From the NCBI RefSeq assembly GCF_009914755.1, contig NC_060940.1: a DNA stretch of 64,000 nucleotides, one strand, 5' to 3'. The position numbers and the translations under genes were made by a program. Source of the stretch: the human T2T-CHM13v2.0 reference genome, Homo sapiens. The notes under the pieces were generated by a model, which was not told the origin of the DNA, did not search any database, and saw only the letters and a list, made by a program, of their open reading frames with translations. Below are positions 27,880 through 40,939 of this stretch, piece by piece. Each line of letters starts with the position of its first letter. Position 1 is the first letter of the stretch.

Positions 27880-30175
27880 TGTATTAGTCCATTCTCATGC
27901 AGCCATGAAGACATACTTCAGACTGGGTCATTTATAAAGAAAAGAGGTTTTAATTGATTCATGGTTTTGCATGGCTGGTGAGGCCTCAGGAAAGTTACAG
28001 TATGGCCGAAGGGGAAGCAAATATGTCCTTCACATGGCAGCAGGAGAGAGAAGTGCAGAGCAAAGGGGAGAAAAGCCCCCTATAAAACTATCAGATTTTG
28101 GGAGAACTCATTCACTATCATGAGAACAGCATGGGGAGACTGCCCTCATGATCCAATCACCACTCATGAGGTCCCTCCCCCAACACGTGGGGATTACAAT
28201 TCAGATTACCATTCAAGATGAGATTTGGGTGGGGACACAGAACCAGACCATAGCATTCTGCCACTTGCCCCTCTCAAATCTCATGTTTCTCACATTTCAA
28301 AACAAAATTATGCCTTCCCAACAGTTTCCCAAAGTCGTAACTCATTTTGGCATTAACCCAAAAGTCCAAGTCCATAGTCTGATTTGAGACAAGGCAAGTC
28401 CCTTCCACCTATGAGCCTGTAAAATCAAAAGCAAGTTAGGTACTTCCTAGATACAATGGAGATACAGGCATTGGGTAAATATGCTCATTCCAAATGGGAA
28501 AAACTGGCCAAAACATAGGGGCTACAGGATCCGGGCAAGTCTGAAATCCAACAAGGCAGTAATTAACTCTTAAAGCTCCAAAATAATCTCCTTTGACTCT
28601 GTGTCTCACATCCAGGTCACATTGATGCAGGAAGTGTGTTCCCATGGCCTTGGGCAGCTTTGTCCCTGTGGCTTTGCAGGGTACAGCCCTCCTCCTGGCT
28701 GCTTTCATGGGCTGGCAGCGTCTATGACTTTTCCAGGTGCTCTGTGCAAGCTGTCCATGGATCTACCATCCTGGGGTCTGGAGGACAGTGGCCCTTTTCT
28801 CACAGCTCAACTAGGCAGTGCCCCAGTGGGGACTATGTGTGGTGGCTCTGATCCCACATTCCCCTTCTGCACTTCCCTAGCAGAGGTTCTGCATGAGGGC
28901 TCTGCCCCTGCAGCAGACTTCTGCCTGGACATCCAGGCATTTCCATACATCTTCTGAAGTCTAGGCAGATGTTCCCAAACTCCAATTCTTGATTTCTGTG
29001 CATCTGCAGGCTCAACACCACATGGAAGCTGCCAAGGCTCGAGGCTTGCACCCTCTGAAGCCACAGTCTGAGCTGTACCTTGGCCCCTTTTATCCATGGC
29101 TGGAGAAGCTGGGACACAGAGCACTAAGTCCTTAGGCTGCACACAGCTGGGGGGCCCTGGCTCCAGCCCACAAAACCATTTTTTCCATCTAGGCCTCAGG
29201 GCCTGTGATGGCAGGGGCTACCATGAAGATCTGTGACATGCCCTGCAATTTCCCCATTGTCTTGGTGATTAACATTTAGCTCCTTGTTACTTATGCAAAT
29301 TTCTGCAGCAGGCTTGAATTTCTCCCCAGAACATGGGTTTTTCTTTTCTATTGCATTGTCAGGTTGCAAATTTTCCAAACTTATATGCTCTGCTTCCTCT
29401 TGCAAGCTTTGCTGCTTAGAAATTTCTTCCACCAGATACCCTACATCATCTCTCTCAGGTTTAAGTTCCACAGATCTCTAGGGCAAGGGCAAGGGCAAAA
29501 TGCCATCAGTCTCTTTGCTAAAGCATAGCAAGAGTGACCTTTGCTTCAGTTCTCAACAAGTTCCTCATCTCTGTCTGAGATCACCTCAGCCTGGACTTCA
29601 TTGTCCATATCACCATCAGCATTTTGGTCAAAGCCATTCAACAAGTATCTAGTAAGTTCCAAACTTTACCACATTTTCCTGTGTTCTTCTGAGTCCTCCA
29701 AACTGTTCCAACCTCTGCCTGTTACACAGTTCCAAAGTCACTTCCACATTTTTGGGTATCCTTACGGCAGCACCCCGCTCCCTCGGTACCAATTTGCTTT
29801 ATTAGTCTATTCTCACACTGCTACAAAGACATACCTGAGACTGGGTGATTTATAAAGTAAAGTGGTTTAATTGACTCACAGTTTTGCAGGGTTGGGGAGG
29901 CCTCATGAACTTACAATGATGGTGGATGGGGAAGCAAATACGTTCATCTTCACATGGCAGCAAGATGGAGAAGTGCAGAGTGAAGGGAGAGACAGCTCCT
30001 TATAAAGCCATTAGATCCCATGAGAACTCACTCACTATCATGAGAACAGCATGAGGGGAAGGCTCCCATGACCTAATCACCTCCCATGAGGTCCCTCCCC
30101 CAACACGTGGGGATTATGATTTGGATTACAATTCAAGATGAGATTTGGGTGGGGACATAAAGCCAGACCGTATGA
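27880..30175 (-). mobile_element. Two-LTR THE1D-like MaLR element (3' LTR 27880-28255, internal 28256-29797, 5' LTR 29798-30175)
   Basis: Two homologous LTRs in direct orientation; THE1-int sequence between them; PPT-like ttctgccacttgcccc beside the left LTR; ggtaccaattt beside the right LTR; TSD catgt/catgg. Confidence 0.92.
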
Positions 30176-30391
30176 CATGGTGAAATAGTTACAACTGTTT
30201 TCATGAAGCTTTTTTGGTCTCAAGATCTGTGTGCTATTTGAATAAATGAGATGCAGCTGGTTTCCAACGTGTTTTCCTAGCATTGGGGTTTAAAGAAAAA
30301 AGTAAAAAGGACCTACCTTGGAAATCATTTCAGAAAACTGATTCTTAAGCAGTGATTCTCGAACTTGAGTGTATATCAGAATCACGTATAG

Positions 30392-31299
30392 CAGGGGTCC
30401 CCAACCTCTGGGCTATGGACCACAGCAGGAGAGTCAGCAATAACCCCCTGAGCTCCACCTCCTGTCAGATTGGTAGTGTCATTAGAGTCTCATAGAAAGT
30501 GGCTATGTTGCCTGGGGTATATACCCTGGGGTTTCTTGTTGTGTACCAGGAAAATTTAGGTCATGGACACACACGAGGAGTTTAGGAGTGGAGGTTTAAC
30601 ACGTAGAAGAGAAGAGAAAGAGAAACAGCTTCCTCTATAGAGGAAGTGGTCTTGGAGCAGAAAAAGACCAGCGGGTGGCAGCTGTGCTGAATTTTATAGT
30701 CAGGTTTAAAGAGGCAGTGTCTGATTTGCATAGTGCTCACCCATTGGTTCTGTCAGGTATGATGTTTACACAGGGCATGGGCAAGGCTGGTCACCCCACC
30801 CTAATCTTATGCAAATGGGCTTTCCAGTTGATTGGCACCATCTTGTCTGCTTCTTACTGTACATGTGGCTGGCAGAGAAAGGAAGACGGAGCTGCCATCT
30901 TGAACATGTCTAGTCCTTAGTTCCTGCCAGCATTCACCTGTGCAAGTCTCCAGCTTGCTTGTCTATGTCTGCAGCTCAACTTTACATTTTCTTTGTTAGA
31001 AAATTATTTGGGGTTGCTTTTTATTAAAAAGAAAAGCCTTACCAAGGATTCCCATGCCCTTACCATCTGCCTGTGTAATTTCTTCTTAACTCCTGTATCA
31101 TCAGGAACGTGAACCCTATTGTGAATTGTACATGCCAGGGATCTAGATTGTGTGCTCCTTATGAGAATGTAATGCCTGATGATCTGAGGTAGAACAGTTT
31201 CAACCCGAATCCACCCCACCCACCAACTTTCCCCATCCCATGAAAAAATTAGCTTCCACAAAACTGGTCCTTGGTGCTGAAAAGGTTGGAAGACTGCTG
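30392..31299 (+). mobile_element. MER1B (hAT-Charlie), split by LTR9
   Basis: caggggtccccaacc...gagctccacctcctgtcagat, resumes gaaccctattgtgaa...aaaaggttggaagactgctg; 8-bp flanks acgtatag/atctatag. Confidence 0.85.
30494..31100 (-). mobile_element. LTR9-family (ERV1, HUERS-P3-type) solo LTR
   Basis: Minus strand begins tgatacaggagttaagaagaaattac..aggcagat, as in the recalled LTR9 5' end. Confidence 0.75.
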
Positions 31300-32124
31300 A
31301 TCTATAGGGTTTATTAAAACAGTAGGCCCCCCACCTTCAGCATTTTTAACTCAGAAGTTCAGGGATGAGGACTGAGAATTTGCATTTCTAACTAGTCCCC
31401 CGAGTGGTGATGCTACTTTAGATCGTAACGTTCATATTGAAACATTTGTCCTACCTACGGATGCCAATGACCAAGGCATATGTTGGACGAGCACTGTGAG
31501 AATAGGTAGAATCAACTCTACTTGAGTGCATTGCCCACACAACTGCTTAGTCTTGTGTGCGTTTAGGGAAAGAACAGGTGGGGAGTGGGGGAGGTACACT
31601 TCGCCCAACCATTTGCTTGTAGATCTTCATGGACTCCTCCCAGAGTTCACCTTTGAAGACTAAGGTATGGTAGTGCCAAGAGTGGAGATACTCCTTTATC
31701 AGGGCCTCTGGGGTCATGGTCCTGGGCTGTGACCTCAGCACGACATCAGCACAACCAAAACAAACCACAGGCTGGTGTTTAGGTTCTTGTCAAGACCTCA
31801 TGCATCATTAAACAGAGGGCAACTGCAGAGCTCTCCATTCTGTTTTAAGAAAATAGAAATAGTAACTAGCATTAAACTAAACCCACAAACGCCTGTTCCC
31901 TCTTGATAGGGTGGTCACGCTACTGCTGCATTGTTTTGCTTTTTCTTTTTTTTCTGATGCAGCTATAGTACAAGCCGTGACTCATGCTAGGTGCTAGCCT
32001 CACAGATATACATAAACATTCACAATCAGGTTTCCAAAGCTGTTTCCTTACTTCCCTTTGTTGCTATTTTACTTTTCATTGGAGGTTGGGCGAGGCAATC
32101 TTTAAATGAAGCTATTTTTTCTTT

Positions 32125-32217
32125 GTCTCTCTGTCCCTCTGTGTCTCTCTCTGTGTCTCACACACATACACATGCACACACACACACACACAGACACACA
32201 CACACACACACACACAG
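32125..32217. repeat. Compound (TC)n-(CA)n microsatellite
   Basis: Seen directly. Confidence 0.9.
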
Positions 32218-32237
32218 TCTAGCTGAATCACGAATTC

Positions 32238-32350
32238 CGTGAGAACAGAGTCAGCATTTGTATATTTTCTCAGAGATCTATTCCTAACCTTAATGCCATA
32301 CCTAGCACATAGCAGACACACAAAATTTGTGACTGACTGAATGAATAAAC
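32238..32350 (+). mobile_element. L2 3' end
   Basis: gagaacagag...cctagcacatagcagacac...tgactgaatgaataaa. Confidence 0.6.
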
Positions 32351-33377
32351 ATGTATATTATTGCAAGCCAGTTGCAAACAGATATATTGTTGCAAACAGA
32401 AGGTTACCTGTTGATCCTTCCTATGTTATCTCTGAACTGCAGGAACTTCATTTTTTCTATGAACCAAATGTAGGTCATCATGAATCAAGCGTCCATAATA
32501 TCTGTTTGTCCACATATAACCTATTTTATAGCAGAGCTTATATTCTGATGATTTGTAGATTTAATGTTGTTTATTCATCATATCTATCACATTTGTTTTT
32601 TAAATATTTCTAAACAGCTGATTAAAGTACAATTGGATGGAGGTAAAAATATTTTTAAAGACGTATAATATAAAAGGACAGTAATTGGATATAGTTATTC
32701 AAATGTAACACTTAATTTACTTTGAGTTTTTACTTAACCCTGTAACAATGGAATTGTGTTAGCTTACATAATTTTCATTGTTTAATTGAAAGAAGAAGAA
32801 AAAGAAAAAGCAGCTGCAACAGCGGTAGCAACAACACGCCAAAAAACGGAAAGATAATACTTTTTCCACTTGGCATTTATTTCTGGGAAGAATGTATCTT
32901 AAGAGCCTTTACTGAAAAGGGCATTGAGTTACACAGGCAATAGCTTTTTCAACAGCTATTTTTCCAGAGGTGTAAAAACAGCCTTTGCCTGGTTACATTG
33001 TATATCTTACCTCAGTAAAGACATGAAAAGGAATCGTGATAAGGTGAATGCACTCCTACAGAGCGCTAAGCTTCCTGGCGATTTGACTTGATTCGGGAAT
33101 AGAACTCAGTAAACTGAGCAGATTAAATGATCAATGTTTCTTTTAGATTAGCCCTCTCAAATATCAATGGTCTCTGCCAGCCTTAGATGAGATAATGAGG
33201 TAATTTCAATACTGAGCTTTTGACAGAGTGTCTGAAGTGTAAAGAGTCTGTGGTATTAGAAACATGTCTCAGCATGGCACTGCCCAGCATCAGCAGGGGC
33301 CTTCTGAGAGGCCACCGTTGTCCAGAGTCTAAGACACTGGTCCAGTGGGGACACATGAGATGACATGGGTTTGTGTG

Positions 33378-33860
33378 TGTCTTAATTGCAGTCCTCGAGA
33401 AGAGACAAGGATGTGAGTGTGTATAGTTTATTTAAAAGGTGCAGGAAGCATCAGTACTGCACACAAGACAAGGAAAAAGAAAGGAGAGTCAACGTAGGGT
33501 GCAGTATTAAGCTATGGTAGGCAACTAAAGTTTAATCCTGTAAGAAAACTCTGGAAGTAATGTAGAAGACACACTTCAGAGTTATCCATCCTGAGGAGGG
33601 AGGGAGTTCCCTTCAGCTGGAGGTACTTATTTCAGTGCTCTTGGTTGAGGACTACTCCCAGAAAAAGGGTGTTGATTTGGGAACACTTCCAACCAGAGGG
33701 GCATCACACCTGCCACATACACAGGAAGATTCATCTTCTGTGGTTCTGGGAAAAGCCTTCAGGCACAGAACTGCACATCCTGCAATGGGAGGTTGTCTGG
33801 AGCACAGTGAAGTGGGGTGCAGTCTGAGGAATTTGGCAAGACACTGACAGCATCTCCTCT
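33378..33860 (-). mobile_element. LTR33-like solo LTR
   Basis: gagacaaggatgtgagtgtgtatagtttattt...ggcaactaaagtttaatcctg...cttcagagttatcc...acactgacagcatct. Confidence 0.65.
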
Positions 33861-33896
33861 GGTGTGGAAAATGGCATTAGAAAGCAGTGGTCACAA

Positions 33897-34195
33897 GGCT
33901 GGGTGCAGTGGCTCACGCCTGCAATCCCAGACATTTCAGAGGCTGAGGCAGATGGATCACCTGAGCTCAGGGGTTTGAGATCAGCCTGGGCAACATGGTG
34001 AAACCCTGTTCTACTAGAAATACAAAAATTAGCCAGGTGTGCTGGTGTGCACCTGTAGTTCCAGCTACTCAATAGGCTGAGACAGAAGGAATGCTTGAGC
34101 CAGGGAGACGGAGGTTGCAGTGAGCTGAGATGGCACCATTGCACTCCAGCCTGGGTGACAGAGTAAGACCTTAGCTCAAAAAAAATTAAATAAAA
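33897..34195 (+). mobile_element. AluJ/S
   Basis: Full dimeric Alu; cagcctgggcaacatggtg. Confidence 0.93.
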
Positions 34196-34258
34196 GGGAG
34201 CAAGGGAGAGGGAGGGAGAGGGAGAGAGGGAGGGAGGGAGGGAGGGAAGGAGGGAGGC
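34196..34258. repeat. (GGGA)n purine-rich tract
   Basis: gggagagggagggagagggagagagggagggagggagggaggg. Confidence 0.9.
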
Positions 34259-34606
34259 CTGTTGACAGAACAATGAATAATTACGCACATACCTAAAGCG
34301 AATACTCAGGTGAGATCCCCAAGTACACTCTTTCAAGTATGGGTTAGATATTCTAACTGAAGCAAATGTAAAAATTGAATGTTAACAGTGGGTCTCTTCT
34401 ATTAGTGTGGTTGTTTGCTGTCTTCTCCAGAATGGATGTTTTTAAGAAGTCCTTTCTCCTCACCGGTTCCCACTAGCTGCAAAGGTTACCCTTACATCCT
34501 TGAATCTCTGGATTTTTTAAACCCATTTCTCTAATGCTGCTTATAATATTGTTGATAATATTTGTCACCCCTTGGCTTGTTCAAATATATTTCATTCCAC
34601 TATAGG

Positions 34607-34948
34607 TATATTCGCACGTTTTCACGCTGCTGATAAAGACATGCCCTCGACTGGGTAATAAGGAAAAAGAGGTTTGATGGACTCACAGCCCTCACAATCA
34701 TGGTGGAAGGTGAAGAGGAGCAAAATCGTGTCTCATGTGGCAGCAGACAGGAGAGAATGAGAACCAAATGAAAGGGGTTTCCCCTTATAAAACCATCAGA
34801 TTTCATGAGACTTATTCACTACCATGAGAACAGTATGGGGGAAAGTGCCCCCATGATTCAATTATTTCCCACCAGGTCCCTCCCACAACGTGTGGGAATT
34901 ATTAATTCAAGATGAGATTTGGGTTGGGGACGCAGCCAAACCATATCA
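34607..34948 (-). mobile_element. THE1B-like solo LTR
   Basis: gttttcacgctgctgataaagacat...cagccaaaccatatca; flanks atagg/gtagg. Confidence 0.9.
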
Positions 34949-34994
34949 GTAGGTCAAATGCAAAGCCTGAAATATGGAGAGGAAGACATCAGTA

Positions 34995-35195
34995 TAAATC
35001 CTGGTTCCGTCACTTGAATACGTTGCCTTGAGCAAATTATTCCCTTGCAGAATCTCAGTTTTTCCACCTGTAAAATGGAGACGGCAAAAATTAACAGTCA
35101 CCTCGGGGAGTAATTATGACACCAGAATGAGCTAATAAACATCACTGTTTTGCTCGGTGGTGAGGTTGAGTCCAAACCTTAGCAGTTATGATTGT
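34995..35195 (+). mobile_element. MIR
   Basis: ccttgagcaaattatt...tctcagtttttccacctgtaaaatggag. Confidence 0.7.
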
Positions 35196-36664
35196 GGTTG
35201 TTGCTGTTGTCCTTACTAATTACTCCATAGATTGATTTGAGTTTTGCAATCAGTTTGATGCCTTGTTCCATAGTTTCTTTTTTACTTCCAGATTTGGTTC
35301 AGGTAAAGTTGGCAAAGCAAGGAGAGCTGGATTCTTCTTACCTGCTTCACCTTAGCTGGTTCCTGCTTCATACATCTTTCAAGATGTTTGTAGAAAACTA
35401 ATCAGCGTCTACGTTTGTTTTCTAATTTTCTTTTGCTCACACATACTGTGGCCACTTGATTACCAATCAGTGCTGTGTTGGCAGGCACATACAGGCCCTA
35501 TTCCTACTAATCAGAGATGTGGGAAGCAAATGCTGGTGTTTAAAGGGAACCCTTATTTGAGCTCTTGTCCCATGACTCCTAATTGTTGTATTTCTCAAAC
35601 TCAACCCAGCTGCAAGCTTTATTAGGGAAACATTTATTCAGATAAAAGCCTCAGTTATGAAAGAGGGGTAATTATTTTGCAAATGTGTTTGAATCACTGT
35701 ATGCTGTAGTGCAACTCATCCCCAAATGGAGAAGGTGCACATTTGGGCTGAAATGTTGCTTTGTAGATGGACAATACAACAAGCATATGACGGGGAACTT
35801 CTGGCAAACGATAGGAAAATGGTCAAATGAAAAGACACCAGTAAAATGAGAGATTGGATGAAAAGTGATCAGGAAGCTCTGAAAGCTGACCAGAGTGAAC
35901 AAAATGCCTAAATTCCGTTCATCCACATTCATTTATTTATTCATTCATTAACCATTGAATATTTTGGGGCTCCTATACATAGTTTGCTCTCAAAGAATTT
36001 TAGGTTTTAGTTGGGAGAGAGCAATGAAAATATGTTAACTGCATGCCAACTGGGATCTCCCATTCAGTGAAATCTAGATAGCGTTGGACCAAAACCCTGT
36101 TCTGTGCCTTGAGAATGCTCAGTGATATCCATGACATTTCTGGAATTTCACGGGGGTGGGTGCTCACCTACCAAAGGTCCCCTCCTAGCTCTAAGATCAG
36201 CTTCTGCTTATTTCGTTGTTTTGCTTCATCATCTTTACATTGCACAATCCACGTGTAGAAAATAGCCCTTCCCTTTCCTTTGTGCGCCAAAATTTACATA
36301 AAGCATTGTGTGGATAGCACACTTTATTGAAATTCTAGAAAGTTGTATTTGGAGATTGTATCAACTCCCAGTGGAATATTAAACACGGCTATTCTTAAAT
36401 GTCCTCCAGGCACCAGGCACATTTTCTTTTGTTGCTTGTACCGAGCTCTCTATCTCTAACCACCTCCGAGTTTTCTTTTTCCATCCCTGTTCCCATCTCT
36501 CCTTCTCTTAATGTTCTGCCCAGTATATGGGGGCTATCACATGGCATGATTATTCTATATTCTTGCTCCCTCATTGAGTTCCAGTCTCAAGCACTTATAT
36601 TCATACCCAGGAAGTTGTTCTCCAGAATATAACAGTTCTCTTCCATTTAAAAGAAACTTCCCTC

Positions 36665-37140
36665 AGTGGTAATTCAAGGAGTTCTTCATATATCCTGAAT
36701 ATAAGTCTGTCAGATGCATGAATTACAAGTCTCTTCCCTTTGTGTCTTGTCTTTCACTTTCTTAATGGTGTCGTTTGATAAACAGATGTTCTGTATTTTA
36801 ATGAAGGCTAATTATTTATTTTTCCTATCAGGCTTATTGCTTCTTGTGTCCTGTTTAAGAAATATTTGCATACCCCAAGGTCACAGACATTCTCCACTAG
36901 GTTTTCTAAAAGCTTGCTTTTCGTAGGTTTCATGATTAATTTTCATCTTAAGTTAATTTTGTGTATGGTGTGAGGTAGAGGTCAAGATGTATGATTTTTC
37001 CAGTTGCTGCCGCAAAATGTATTGAGAAGATCACCCTTTCCGTCACTGAATTGCAGCCATAAATCAAATAACCAATATGTGTGATCTATTTCCGCACTGT
37101 CTTTCCCTGGTCTTTATATTTAACCTTGTGCCAATATGAG
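36665..37140 (-). mobile_element. L1M ORF2 fragment
   Basis: ttcactttcttaatggtgtcgtttgataaacag...ttaatttttgtgtatggtgtgaggtag. Confidence 0.7.
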
Positions 37141-37464
37141 GGTGGTAAATTTTAATCATCTTCCTTTTTATGTAGGCATTTAAAACTATCCTGTTATAAG
37201 TGCTCTGGTAATAGAAATACAGACTATAACACACGCCAGAGGATTTGACCTAAGGGAAGAGGGTCAGAGTTGGCTTTCTGAGCGGATGTGCCATTTAGGT
37301 GGAGAAGTACTTTGTGCGTCTGCATTCTAGGGCATGCCCTGCTTGGCAGTTTTCTCATTTTATGATGGGTCCTGTGATGTGGCCAATGTGAACCATGCTG
37401 TATGTGCACTGGCCTGGAATAGATAACAACAATAAAAGAAGGAAGATGCCCAAGAAGAAGTCAA

Positions 37465-37610
37465 ATAACCTCATTGTAAAGATGTGAAATTGAGGTTTAA
37501 AGAGAACATGTGATATGCCCAAGGTCACAGAGTTGATGAGTTACAATGCTGGGATTGGAACTCAGGTTTCCCAATAGATCCACCCTCTTCCCATGACCCT
37601 GCATTGCCTG
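37465..37610 (-). mobile_element. MIR
   Basis: gatgtgaaattgagg...tgcccaaggtcacag...gctgggattggaactcagg. Confidence 0.7.
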
Positions 37611-39231
37611 TAGGTACAAATGCTCAAAGTTGCTGAGCTATAATGTGGTGATGCTTGGACTCGTACTCAGTTCTGTTTAACTTCAGAGTCTGTGCTCTAC
37701 CCCGTATCCTTGATTACCTCCTTGGAAAAGCTGAATTTATTTGTATGCCTAACTAAGAATGAGCTAATTGATTCCCATTTTAATATGACAGCTCTGCCTT
37801 AGCACTATCAATATGTGTCCAAAAAATCTTATGGTGCATGACTAATTGCACTTTGGAATCGTATACATTTAATTATATATTTGATTTGAGAGTTTAGCAT
37901 TTACAATTATTGTCATCTCCCACTTACTGAGCTTCCATTCTTCCATTCTGATTGTCTCTGTTACAGACTTTTTTTCTCATGCATAGAGAAGAAATAAAGG
38001 CACAATTTCCTTTTTCCATATTTATGTGTTATATATTCCTTTAGCATCATGAGCCACATATGATAGTATTGCTAGATCAGTTCTCATAATGTACCCTTTG
38101 CAGGATAGACTGTGAAAATCTAATTTTGGCAAAATGACTGAAATCCCAGTGAATGATTTTTTCTTTTCTTATATAAACCTAAGCATCCAATAGTGAAAGT
38201 TTATATGACTCAAATGGAAGAAGAATTCATGACAAAAGGTGTGATTATTCGCATAAGACCCTGAAATTCCTTTCTGGGTGAAATAGGCCCTTTCTTCCTT
38301 CCATAAGAGGCTCTGACTGATGAGTTGGCTTTTATTAGGCAATGTATGTCTGATGCAATATCTGTGGATAAAACCACCAGCCCCTATCAAGTCAATCAAA
38401 TATTTACTGAGCACTTATTATGTCCAAGACACTTTGGAGAACAAAGAAATATAACCTGGCCTTGCCCTTCAGGCTGTATCAATTGAGATAGAATTTGGAC
38501 TGCTGCAATCAATTACACAGATGTCTCTCAAGGTAGTGTCTTGATGCTTGAGGGAAACAAGACAAAATGCTATTAATAATGACTTAGTTTTCTTTGTCAA
38601 GCAATCGGCTTGCCACATCATTGAGGTAACTTCACATTTTCTTGCATCTTTTACAATTAGCAGCTTCAGCTGACTCTGCAACCTGTTGAGAAAGAGGGCC
38701 CAGGCAATGTTGTCCTTGGCATCTTATTCAGGTCTGGCTTCCACTGCAGTGAATGCACTCAGATAGCCCTTTATCAGCTGAGTCCCCTTGAGATTAAGTA
38801 TTTAATGTCTCTTGATCTCCAGCCTTAGGAAATAACCCAATTCATTACTCAGCCATTATGTAATTCATTACTGTCATTAGAGATCAGGAGAATCGTCTTA
38901 GGAGAACTGAGAATACAAGGCAAACCACACCTTTCTTTGTCCAGCATGATTAACGGACTGTGGAAGGGCCCTAATTTGGAGTTCCATTCATGGGATTTGG
39001 TTTTATGACATCCTCCAGTCCCAGGCTTCTGGTATGACTTGCAGAGGCATTGGTTAACCTGGTGGAAAATGGATTACTACTCAACGTGTTTACCGATACT
39101 GTGTGTCTGTAGTGGGCTTTGGTGGACTCCTTTATGGGATTGTTGATCTCTCAACAGAACAGAGAAGTTGGTCAGGAAGGTTATTAAGGGAGAATGCATA
39201 AGGGAGCTGCTTTTTCTAGACTGGAGTGAGG

Positions 39232-39441
39232 GTCATGGATTGCTTCCCAGGGAACATTTGGCAATGTCTGGAGATAATTTTTTGTTGTGACAGTGTGGAC
39301 CAGGAGTGGGAGGAGAACATGACTAGCATCTAGTGGGTGAAGGCCAGGGGTGGTGTTAACATCCTACAATATACAGGACTGCCTATCATAGCAGAATTAT
39401 CTGGCCCAAAATTTCAGCAGTACCACTGTTGAGAAACCCTG
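39232..39441 (+). mobile_element. MER20 (hAT-Charlie)
   Basis: acatttggcaatgtctggaga...gcatctagtgggt...agaattatctggcccaaaat...gttgagaaaccctg. Confidence 0.85.
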
Positions 39442-39913
39442 GGTACCTGCCCATTACTGCTCCCTTCTAAAACAACACATATTTCTTCATAGGCCCTTGT
39501 GAATTTATTTGTTTTATTTGATGAGAGAGAGAAAGAGAGAGAGAGAGACAGACAGAGACTGATACATTTGTACCTATCTATCTATTTACAACTTCTCCAT
39601 TCCCTACTTCATTTCACAAGGTATTAGGTAAAGCAGGTATATAAATAACACTCAATAAAGTAGTTAAGAGAAATTTTAAAAAAATACACAGGGGGAAATA
39701 CAAATTAAAGTAGGCAGTAGCAACTGTAGAAAATATATTATACTGGTAATCTGACAGTCTGACTTATAATTGCTGTCATTTTCTTTGAGCTTCCTGAGAG
39801 CCAAAACAAAAATAGAAACAGTCATTATACTTTTTGTTATCCATGAGGAGAAAACAGTGTAGAGAAAGCTTTTAATAACACAAAGACATTTCTCAAGTAG
39901 AACTTAATGTAAA

Positions 39914-40122
39914 TAAGTGTTGGCAAAGGACAAGATAGTAAATATTTTCAACTTTGTGGGCCATGAAGTTTCTGTGGCAGTCACTCAACTGTGCCCGTGT
40001 AGTCCCCAAAGTGTCCACAGACAATATGGAAACAAATGGGTGTGACTGTGTTCTAATAAAACTTAATACAAAAAAACAAAGGGTCAGATTTGGCTCTTGG
40101 ACCATAGTTGGTCAAGCCTCAG
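39914..40122 (+). mobile_element. MER58A
   Basis: gatagtaaatattttcaactttgtgggccat...aaacaaatgggtgtgactgtgttctaataaaactt. Confidence 0.8.
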
Positions 40123-40939
40123 TGTAGGTCTTCAGAAACACTCCTGGATCAAGTACGAAATGGATATTAAGATGATGTTTCCTAGGCCACTGACTGAAAC
40201 CGAGAGCTTTCCCTTACAGGGTGCTAAACGACTTTCTGCACCATCGGTAGTTTCTACGAGGATGGAAGAACAATAACAATAATAACAAAATATCTTCTTA
40301 GGGCATTTACTGTGGTGCATATCAAGGATTTTGTGTTTTTTTTCTTCGCGGTTGTTTAGTTTTGCTTTGGGTGACACCCCTTCTCATTTGCTGTGAAGAT
40401 ACCGCAGGATGATAAACTCCCTCTTCTATACTAAGTCCCATCTGCAAGGAAAGGAAACTTCACTCTGCTCCTTCCATCTTGCTGAATATTTAAAGGGTAT
40501 TGACACAAGGCGTTTTGATAGGCCAAAAGTATTATTATCCTAAAAAATATTTCCTGTGATTTAGGCACATGGAGAGGCACCGTGTTAGAGAGTCAAGATA
40601 AAATACCTACCTAAAGACTCTTCCTCTGAGTCATTTCCTAGGGACACTCTCAGTTCCTTTGGTGGCCACAGTTTGGCTGTCATTTCCTCTGTGAATTCTT
40701 CTACGACTCTTTGGAGGAAGGATGTGGTCTTCACCTTTGTCCTTCCGTATGTTTTGTAATTCTGAATTTTATAGCACTTCTCCTGGCGTCTTATAACTTT
40801 ATATTTCTCTTTCCCCTGATCAACTGAGCTTCTTGAGGGGACAGTATAAGTCTTTCTGATCTTTTGCCCTCCCCTGTGTCTTTTGCAACATGTAGAACAT
40901 ACTAGATTTCCATAACTATTTGTTGATTAAATTAATGAC

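Larger units (their letters stand above)
30350..31417 (+). mobile_element. MER5A, split by MER1B and LTR9
   Basis: cagtgattctcgaacttgagtgtatatcagaatcac...gagaatttgcatttctaactagtccc. Confidence 0.7.

Noticed and set aside
28436-29855. Cluster of ORFs inside the THE1 internal region
   Set aside because: Fragmented frames of a non-autonomous MaLR interior; no intact gag or pol.
40205-40300. Possible splice acceptor ctttcccttacag and exon
   Set aside because: No convincing donor or reading frame; isolated acceptor-like motifs are common.
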